Assembly (NCBI GenBank): GCA_963674745.2
Contig: CAXXDV010000003.1
Coordinates: forward strand, 192,001 to 256,000
Length of the DNA stretch: 64,000 bases
Reading direction: 5' to 3'
Source of the DNA: Desulfosudaceae bacterium
Lineage (GTDB): Bacteria > Desulfobacterota > Desulfobacteria > Desulfobacterales > Desulfosudaceae
How positions within the stretch are numbered: the first letter of the stretch is position 1; every line of letters begins with the position of its first letter. The notes under the pieces are model-generated. The model saw only the letters and a program-made list of their open reading frames with translations, searched no databases and was not told the origin of the DNA. Below, piece by piece: positions 57,434 through 64,000 of this stretch. Position numbers and translations under genes: made by a program.

Positions 57434-58666
57434 TTAATCGGCGGTGTGCCGTTTTTTTGAACGTCCGGGTCGGGCCAGGTTCCGGTCGATTTCCCTTAAC
57501 GGCAAGGGGCTTTTCAAGAACTTCTCTCCGATTTCATAGATCACCACATCCGGTTGGTATGTCTCGACAAGGTCCATTATCGGGTACCTGCTCAGTTCCG
57601 AATGACGGATGTGAATGACTTCCTTGATGATGCAGTGCAGATAAGGCGCGATAAAATTACTGAAAGAATCCCTGACCAGCAGCAACCGGCTGTCGGTGTC
57701 AAGGGCCGTGTTGATGATTCGTTGCGGTGCCATCCCCTGGCGCACGCGTATCTTTCTGGTGATCCGGACATCCTCGGGCGCTTTTTGTCCCAGGTGCCTT
57801 TCCAACGTCTGTTTGCGGGGCACGGAATTAAACCACGGCTGGTTGTCTTTTAGATAACAGGTTTGCGGATATTCCAGCCAGCCGTACAGGGTATTGTCTC
57901 CGGGCGTCTCATGGTAAGAGATGGCGTCAGTTAAAACAGCGCCCGGTATTTTCAATAATGTTTGCAAATGGGCGGCTGTTTCCTGGAAGGCGTAAAAACC
58001 ACCGACACTGTTCCAGTGTGTTCCGCCGGGAAAATACAATGCCTCCGGACCGGACTTTTTTTGCAGCAGTCGTGCGGTCGGATCGATAACAGTAACCTGT
58101 CGCCGCATGAGTCCTTCACGTATAAGGTCGCGTCGGGATGGCGCGTCAATCCCCCGCTGGGCCCAGTCCGGCAGCTTTTCAGGGTAAATCGTGTGCTTGT
58201 CCGGCGCTACCAGCAGCATAAAGGGAATGCCTTTGTCTGCCAGCGCGTCGCGCAGGGTCACGAAAAACCTGATCGCTTTTGGAATATCCCCACGACTTTC
58301 CCAGTCCAGTCTGCGGTGCTGGGTAAGTGCATCGCAGGACTGATCGCCTAAAAACAGCCAGCCGTCTTTGCCGATGGTTACCCGGTCGGGCTTGGCGGAA
58401 ACGCCCAGATCGGCATACAGCCGGGTCATCGCCTTGATCAGTTCAAAGCGAAAAATGACCCTGTCATTGAACCATTCCTCCAGGGCTTCTGATTCTTTGT
58501 CAAAACGGATGGAAAAAGTCGGTGCGGGTGCCGGTTTTCGGCGTTCGATGCGGGAGAAACGTTTCGTATCCGGCGCCTTGAACATGCCCAGCATGGGAAA
58601 CACCAGCACGATCAGGAGCCCCAAAATGCAGCATATATCAAATATGGAAGAATGGTTTTTGGGCAT
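57434..58666 (-). CDS. AlgJ/AlgX-like periplasmic O-acyltransferase component
   Basis: N-terminal TM segment, E.R..AP.P, WFNDR..FR, GKDGWLF, APDK..IYPE.LP, THWN..G, RDSF, PDVVI.E..E. Confidence 0.82.
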   Translation of the reverse strand: MPKNHSSIFDICCILGLLIVLVFPMLGMFKAPDTKRFSRIERRKPAPAPTFSIRFDKESEALEEWFNDRVIFRFELIKAMTRLYADLGVSAKPDRVTIGKDGWLFLGDQSCDALTQHRRLDWESRGDIPKAIRFFVTLRDALADKGIPFMLLVAPDKHTIYPEKLPDWAQRGIDAPSRRDLIREGLMRRQVTVIDPTARLLQKKSGPEALYFPGGTHWNSVGGFYAFQETAAHLQTLLKIPGAVLTDAISYHETPGDNTLYGWLEYPQTCYLKDNQPWFNSVPRKQTLERHLGQKAPEDVRITRKIRVRQGMAPQRIINTALDTDSRLLLVRDSFSNFIAPYLHCIIKEVIHIRHSELSRYPIMDLVETYQPDVVIYEIGEKFLKSPLPLREIDRNLARPGRSKKRHTAD

Positions 58667-58668
58667 GG

Positions 58669-60165
58669 CTAAAACCGGAAATAAATAAATGGATTATAGG
58701 CCCCGTTATATAGATGTATCATGGAAAGAAACATGACAAGGCCGCCCCATACCAGAAGTGATGCCTGTAACAAGGTATAACACGGGTTGAAGCCGCCCTG
58801 CCGAGGCTGCCATTGCTGTTTCAAACGGGTAAAGGCGACAACCGGCAGGCCGGTGGCAGCCACCACGCCCACGATCATGGAAAGCAATACCGGAGCAGAG
58901 GCGAATTCCGAAAAAGAGCGGGCATAAGCGTAAGAACCCGGGTCGCCCAGAAGGGCTCTGGTATAAAGCCAGGCCTGGCTCATATCTTCGGACCGGAAAA
59001 CGATCCAGCCGGTCATTACGACCAGCAACGCGTATCCATGCCGGAAGACGTGAGGTGTCCGCTGGAGAACGCGTTCAAATCCGGCCCGTTCAATAACCAG
59101 GAACAGACCGTGCCAGCCCCCCCAGAGCACAAAGTTCCAACTGGCGCCATGCCACAATCCGCATAGCAGAAAGACAATCCAAAGGTTCAGGTAAGTACGC
59201 CGTTGGCCGGCTCGATTGCCGCCCAGGGGGATGTATAGATAATCCCGCAGCCAGGTGGAAAGGGAAATGTGCCAGCGCTGCCAGAATTCACGGATTGACT
59301 TTGAAATATAAGGATAGTTGAAGTTCTCAGGAAAATGAAAACCCAGCATCAGCCCAATCCCGATGGCCATATCGGAATAGGCGGAAAAATCAAAATAGAT
59401 CTGCAGGGTGTATGCCGCGATGCCCCACCAGGCAACGGCCGTTGAAAGCTGATTCGGGGGCATGTTGAATATGGCGTCAGCCGCCTGGGCGATGATGTTG
59501 GCGAGGAGGACTTTTTTGGCCAGGCCGACAACAAAGCGTCTGGCACCGGCTGCGAATTGTGACCGCTCATTGCTTCGTTTGACAAGTTCGGCGGAAATTT
59601 GATTGTAGCGGACGATGGGGCCTGCCACCAGCTGGGGGAACATGGAAATATAACAGGCCAGCTGGTCAAAGCGCCTGGTGGCCACGGCAGTGCCGCGGTA
59701 CACGTCAATGATGTAGCTGAGCGCCTGAAAGGTATAAAAACTGATCCCCAGCGGCAGGCTGATTTCCGCCACATCGCGCAGCCGTGTCGCGTCGATGCCC
59801 AGCCATTGTGCTATGGCGGCAACGTTGTTCAAGGCAAAGTTGGCGTATTTGAAATAACCCAGAAAACCGAGGCATAAAACCACGGTGACAGCCAGAACCC
59901 ATTTGCGGCCGGCAGATTTTCCATTGCCTTCACCGCTCTGCGTTTCTGCCTCACCGTTGCTCAATAGAATACCGGCAATCCACACCACAGCGATCAGGGC
60001 CACCATTCCGATTACCAGTTGCGGTTCACCCCAGGCGTAAAATATGAGGCTGAAGACCAGTAAAACCCCGTTGCGCAATCGTACAAACCGGGCAGGCACC
60101 AGAAAATATGCGGCCAGCATTAACGGTAAAAAAAAATGCAGGAATATAAGCGAACTGAAAACCAT
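58669..60165 (-). CDS. MBOAT O-acyltransferase (AlgI-like)
   Basis: MVFSS..FL..FLP, LPLGISFYTFQ, FPQLVAGPIVRY, QIYFDFS.YSDMAIG, ENFNYPY, FW.RWHISLS.W.RDYLYIPLGG, GLWHGA, YNPFIYFRF. Confidence 0.93.
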   Translation of the reverse strand: MVFSSLIFLHFFLPLMLAAYFLVPARFVRLRNGVLLVFSLIFYAWGEPQLVIGMVALIAVVWIAGILLSNGEAETQSGEGNGKSAGRKWVLAVTVVLCLGFLGYFKYANFALNNVAAIAQWLGIDATRLRDVAEISLPLGISFYTFQALSYIIDVYRGTAVATRRFDQLACYISMFPQLVAGPIVRYNQISAELVKRSNERSQFAAGARRFVVGLAKKVLLANIIAQAADAIFNMPPNQLSTAVAWWGIAAYTLQIYFDFSAYSDMAIGIGLMLGFHFPENFNYPYISKSIREFWQRWHISLSTWLRDYLYIPLGGNRAGQRRTYLNLWIVFLLCGLWHGASWNFVLWGGWHGLFLVIERAGFERVLQRTPHVFRHGYALLVVMTGWIVFRSEDMSQAWLYTRALLGDPGSYAYARSFSEFASAPVLLSMIVGVVAATGLPVVAFTRLKQQWQPRQGGFNPCYTLLQASLLVWGGLVMFLSMIHLYNGAYNPFIYFRF

Positions 60166-60199
60166 TGTCGTTAAGAAACTGTTTATTAATAAAAAGGTT

Positions 60200-60350
60200 G
60201 ATGTAGTCGTAAAAAGTCATCATTTGGATGGCAAAGTAAAAAGTTCAAGATCAAGGCGCGCAAATCCTGAGGAATGCAGCGTACATAGAAGTACGTGAAA
60301 TTCCGAAGGATGAAGCGCAACGCAGATATTGAACTTTTTACGACGCCATC
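60200..60350. mobile_element. MITE-like palindromic element with a doubled left end and an apparent 6-bp target duplication
   Basis: Left ends GATGTAGTCGTAAAAAGT (60200) and GATGGCAAAGTAAAAAGT (60227); right end ACTTTTTACGACGCCATC (60350); AAGGTT at 60194-60199 and 60351-60356; near-identical inverted copy at 63596-63732. Confidence 0.8.
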
Positions 60351-60442
60351 AAGGTTAACGATCTGTTTTTGTTGCATAGTCAATAACAGCGGTCCCATTT
60401 CTTGTCAATGCTTTTTCTCCACCCCGGGTTCTGACGAAAATA

Positions 60443-60471
60443 TTGACACCCGCGGACGCCCTTGTTATGGA
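60443..60471 (+). promoter_or_regulatory. Candidate sigma70 promoter
   Basis: TTGACA-N17-TATGGA with a TGn extension; implies the gene starts downstream of the track's TTG 60462. Confidence 0.45.
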
Positions 60472-60479
60472 TAATGGCC

Positions 60480-61250
60480 ATGAGTCAGAAGGAATCGATT
60501 AATAATCTTAAAGAAAAATTTAAAAGCCTTGGTAAAAAATCCAGGTCTTTTGTAAACAGATACACTATGGCAAATAACGACAAAATACTGTTTGTGCATA
60601 TCCCTAAAACGGCCGGGATATCAATCTATAATGCCCTGGCCGAAGCCGTCGGAGGACATGACCGGGCGATACGTTTCCCAAGGAATTCAGAAGAAGAAAG
60701 AGAAAAGTACCTCTCCATGACCAGGACAGAGGTACGGTCATATAACCTTTTATCCGGGCATTTCCCGCTCCCCTTTTTCTTAAGACAGCCAATTTCCGAT
60801 TACAAAGCGGTCACGGTGTTCAGAAACCCGGTGGACCGTGAACTTTCAGCTTATTTTTACATTAAAACGGATCCGGATCATCCTTTAAATACGGAGTGGT
60901 TCAGGTCTTTAAATTTGTATCAATATATCGAGCATCGTCAAGAAAAAGGCAATGCCAACCCGCAGTGCCTGTTCATGTGCGGCGAAAGGTCATTTGAAAA
61001 GGCAAGAAAAGCCGTTGATGAACAGCTTTTCCTGACGGCACCGCTTGATTATGTTAAAGACTTTCTGGAGGTGCTTGCAAAGCGGCTGGAGATTCCCATT
61101 AATCCCCCTGAGAGAGCCAATAAAACCTCTTTCCGCCTGACAGTTGACGAAATCCACCCGGACATTAAAGCCGGGTTTGAATCGTTGACCCGGGAGGACC
61201 AAAAGCTTTACGAATATGTTAAGGAGAAGTTTGAAAAAGAATTTCTTTAA
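60480..61250 (+). CDS. Sulfotransferase family 2 protein
   Basis: FVHIPKTAG.S, LSGHF, T.FRNPVDRELS.Y.Y, D..LYE. Start uncertain (ATG 60480 or 60567). Confidence 0.85.
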   Translation: MSQKESINNLKEKFKSLGKKSRSFVNRYTMANNDKILFVHIPKTAGISIYNALAEAVGGHDRAIRFPRNSEEEREKYLSMTRTEVRSYNLLSGHFPLPFFLRQPISDYKAVTVFRNPVDRELSAYFYIKTDPDHPLNTEWFRSLNLYQYIEHRQEKGNANPQCLFMCGERSFEKARKAVDEQLFLTAPLDYVKDFLEVLAKRLEIPINPPERANKTSFRLTVDEIHPDIKAGFESLTREDQKLYEYVKEKFEKEFL

Positions 61251-61330
61251 AAAAATGGTAAAGTGCTATAATTTGTTCAGAATTGGCATTTGGGGGAATT
61301 CCTGGCCGGGCAGAATAAGAAAGAGGGGTT

Positions 61331-62398
61331 ATGGGACAATTGAATGACAAACGGGTACTGGTGACCGGCTGTTGCGGTACGGTCGGCGGAGAACTGGTCC
61401 GCCAACTGCTGTCGGACTATGCCGTTAAAGAACTGGTGGGGCTGGACAACAATGAAAGTGAACTGTTTTTTACCCAGCAGCGCTACAATGATTATTCGGC
61501 GCATTTTTTTCTGGCTGATGTCCGGGACCAGCAACGTTTGATACGGCTGTTTTCAGGGGTGGATATCGTTTTTCATGCGGCTGCTTTCAAACACGTTATC
61601 CTGTGCGAGGTGTCGCCGTTCGAAGCCGTTCAGACCAATATCAACGGTGTACAGAATGTTATCCTGGCCGCTACTGAAAACCGGGTCAAAACAGTTGTGT
61701 TTACCAGCTCGGACAAGGCCGTCAACCCGACCAATGTCATGGGGACCTCCAAGCTGATGGGCGAACGGTTGATGACGGCCGCCAACAGTAACCTGCGCGG
61801 TGGTTTATCGGCGTTTATTTCCACCCGTTTTGGAAACGTTCTCGGGTCCCGGGGATCGGTAATTCCCATTTTCAGGGATCAGATCCGCAAGGGCGGGCCG
61901 GTTACCATTACTGACGAGGAGATGACACGGTTTATCATGAGTATCCGACAGGCAGTGCAGCTGGTCATTGATTCCGTGGCCCTTGCCAGGGGTGGCGAAG
62001 TCTTTGTCACCAAGATGCCGGTTATCCGCATCCTGGATCTGGCCCATGTCATGATCGCAGAACTGGCGGGAAATTATGGCCATTCGCCGGAAGATATAAA
62101 GATCGAAATCATCGGTAGCAAGCCCGGTGAGAAACAATACGAAGAACTGATGACCGGTGAGGAGGTTCGCCGTTGTGTTGAACTGGAGCGGTATTTCGTG
62201 GTCAAGCCGGCCTTTACCTCACTTTACCGGGACCTGACCTATTCCTATCCCGATGTGATCAACGGCGTGGTTGACCGGCCTTATCATTCGGCCAATGAGC
62301 CCGCCCTGGACCGTGAGCAGCTGCGCCGTTTCCTGATCGATAACGAACTGCTGGAGGGTGAGGAAGAAGATACGTTCCGGCCGGACAGGCGCTATTAG
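61331..62398 (+). CDS. UDP-sugar 4,6-dehydratase-like protein (CapD/PseB superfamily, soluble)
   Basis: TGCCGTVG.EL, FHAAA.KHV..CE..P.EAV.TN..G, SSDKAVNPTNVMG.SK, RFGNVLGSRGSV.P.F, MTRF, PGEK.YEEL. Confidence 0.85.
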   Translation: MGQLNDKRVLVTGCCGTVGGELVRQLLSDYAVKELVGLDNNESELFFTQQRYNDYSAHFFLADVRDQQRLIRLFSGVDIVFHAAAFKHVILCEVSPFEAVQTNINGVQNVILAATENRVKTVVFTSSDKAVNPTNVMGTSKLMGERLMTAANSNLRGGLSAFISTRFGNVLGSRGSVIPIFRDQIRKGGPVTITDEEMTRFIMSIRQAVQLVIDSVALARGGEVFVTKMPVIRILDLAHVMIAELAGNYGHSPEDIKIEIIGSKPGEKQYEELMTGEEVRRCVELERYFVVKPAFTSLYRDLTYSYPDVINGVVDRPYHSANEPALDREQLRRFLIDNELLEGEEEDTFRPDRRY

Positions 62399-62403
62399 GG
62401 GTT

Positions 62404-63597
62404 GTGGTTATGTCGAACATTCTGATTCTCGGTGGTGACGGTTATCTGGGCTGGCCGACGGCCATGTATTTTTCCGCCCGCGGCCATGACGTCACGGTGG
62501 TCGATAATTATTTTCGTCGAAATGCCTGTACGGAACTGGATGTGGGCATGCTTTACCCCATCCCGACACTTGTTGCCCGGGCCAAAATCTGGCATGAAAA
62601 AACCGGTAGAGAGATCCGGGTGGTCATCGGCGACCTGACGGACCCCGAGATCATGCGGGGCCTGTTTGACGGCCGGGTGACCTATGTCTGGCCCCCGGAA
62701 AAGGCTTTTGCGGGCATCCCGGAAACGGTTTTTCATTATGCCGAACAACCTTCGGCGCCTTATTCGCTGATCAATTACAAGTATGCCAATATCACGATTA
62801 CGAATAATCTTCTGGTGACCAACAACCTGGTGTTCGCACTCAAGGATTTTGCGCCGTCGACCCATGTGGTCCATATCGGCACCATGGGTGAATACGGCAC
62901 GCCTGATATTGATATTGAAGAAGGATGGCTCGACATCACCCACAAGGGCCGGACGGATCGGTTTCTGTTTCCCCGACAGGCAAGTTCTCTGTATCACACC
63001 ACCAAAATTATGGATACAGACCTGATGTGGTTCGGGGTGCGCATGTGGAACCTGCGGATAACCGACCTGATGCAGGGTCCGGTCTACGGTTTTAAGACCG
63101 AAGAAACCGGCGATGATGAGCGGTTGTACACGCTTTTTAATTATGATGAGATTTTCGGCACCATCATCAACCGGTTTGTCCTTCAGGCGGTTGTCGGGTA
63201 TCCGCTGACGGTTTATGGAAAAGGGGGGCAGACACGCGGTTATCTGAATATTAACGATACCCTGCAATGTGTTTACAAGGCCTTTGAAACACCGGCCAAA
63301 GCAGGTGAACTGCGGATTTTTAATCAGATCATGGAAACCTTTTCGGTCAATGAACTGGCGGAAAAGGTGCGAGCCGTGGGTAGTGCCCGGGGACATGAGG
63401 TGACGGTCGACCATATTGAAAACCCCCGCAAAGAAGCCGAGGAACATTATTACAATCCGGTTTACCAGGGCCTGATTGATATCGGTGTCGAACCCCATTA
63501 TCTGACCGATGAGGTACTGGCATCTTTTTTTGAGGCGGTTGAAAAGTTTCGGGATAATGTGCGTCGGGATGTGATTTTCAGGGGCGTCAAGTGGTGA
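62404..63597 (+). CDS. sqdB: UDP-sulfoquinovose synthase (SqdB/SQD1/Agl3 family)
   Basis: GGDGYLGWPT, VDN..RR, H.AEQPSAPYS, GTMGEYGTP..DIEEGW, S.YH.TK..D, TDL.QGPVYG, F.YD.IFGT..NRF, PLTVYGKGGQTRGYLNI.D, NPR.E.E.HYY. Confidence 0.9.
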   Translation: MVMSNILILGGDGYLGWPTAMYFSARGHDVTVVDNYFRRNACTELDVGMLYPIPTLVARAKIWHEKTGREIRVVIGDLTDPEIMRGLFDGRVTYVWPPEKAFAGIPETVFHYAEQPSAPYSLINYKYANITITNNLLVTNNLVFALKDFAPSTHVVHIGTMGEYGTPDIDIEEGWLDITHKGRTDRFLFPRQASSLYHTTKIMDTDLMWFGVRMWNLRITDLMQGPVYGFKTEETGDDERLYTLFNYDEIFGTIINRFVLQAVVGYPLTVYGKGGQTRGYLNINDTLQCVYKAFETPAKAGELRIFNQIMETFSVNELAEKVRAVGSARGHEVTVDHIENPRKEAEEHYYNPVYQGLIDIGVEPHYLTDEVLASFFEAVEKFRDNVRRDVIFRGVKW

Positions 63598-63732
63598 TGG
63601 CTTCGTAAAAAGCCCAAGATCGGCGTTGCGCTGCATCCTTCGGAACTTCATGTACTTCTATGTACGCTGCATTCCTCAGGATTTGCGCGCCCCAATTTTA
63701 TATCTGGGGCTTGAACTTTTTACTTTGCCATC
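63596..63732. mobile_element. MITE-like palindromic element, inverted copy of 60227-60350
   Basis: GATGGCTTCGTAAAAAG ... ACTTTTTACTTTGCCATC; the reverse complement aligns to 60227-60350 except for an added CCCCAATTTTATATCTGGGG hairpin and a few substitutions. Confidence 0.8.
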
Positions 63733-63925
63733 AGGATTTTGTACGAGGGAGTTAATAGGTGATTATGCTTGACAGTCTGGTGTAGTTTCGTTTAGATCAG
63801 AATGCGAATAAAATTGGGGGCGAACAATAATCATATTGTTTTACCGGGGCTGATCAGCAGGCCCGGCGCCTGGAAAAGGCATGACGCTTTTTCCGGTATT
63901 TCAACACATTACATGGAGGTAAGAA

Positions 63926-64000
63926 ATGATGACAAAGAAATTCGCAGGTTTATTGTGTCTGGTGGTTCTCGCTCTGGTCGCTTTGTCCGGCCCTACGCTG
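63926..64000 (+). CDS. 5' end of an exported protein (signal peptide only)
   Basis: RBS GGAGGT; MMTKKFAGLLCLVVLALVALSGPTL runs off the window. Confidence 0.6.
   Translation, partial: MMTKKFAGLLCLVVLALVALSGPTL

Overview
Bacterial chromosome segment, most consistent with a Desulfobacterota (Desulfobacterales-like) organism; this taxonomy is inferred from gene content, selenocysteine use and repeat types. Layout: (1) 5' part of a membrane PAS histidine kinase on the minus strand. (2) An aromatic amino acid operon using the archaeal-type entry enzymes (aroA'-aroB'-pheA-aroE-aroA-aroK-aroC-tyrA), preceded by an unannotated 28-aa leader peptide with 11 consecutive Phe/Tyr/Trp codons and a complete terminator/antiterminator. 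(3) A response regulator, a deviant ParA and nucleotide-sugar genes (ugd, uxs, gmd, fcl). (4) A type II secretion cluster (gspEFGHIJKLM, C-like, D) behind a sigma54-type promoter. (5) A periplasmic binding protein / HAMP kinase / sigma54 activator / TonB-dependent receptor module. (6) A secreted-protein block: a double-CAP protein, a 20-Cys S-layer-like protein with strong expression signals, a GP42-like transglutaminase carrying four copies of that protein's C-terminal domain, and, convergently, a lipoprotein and a UshA-like selenoprotein split by the ORF track at its UGA. (7) A wzm/wzt glycan locus with methyltransferases, four sulfotransferase domains, an AlgI/AlgJ-like pair and UDP-sulfoquinovose synthase. 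Intergenic regions hold GTAG-type REPs, MITE-like palindromes and 7-8-nt periodic repeats, several of which bracket genes. No rRNA, tRNA, CRISPR array or transposase was seen. Best candidate for a new system: a T2SS-exported, disulfide-rich, possibly transglutaminase-crosslinked surface layer linked to a sulfated glycan. Family calls come from reading motifs by eye; no database searches were run.
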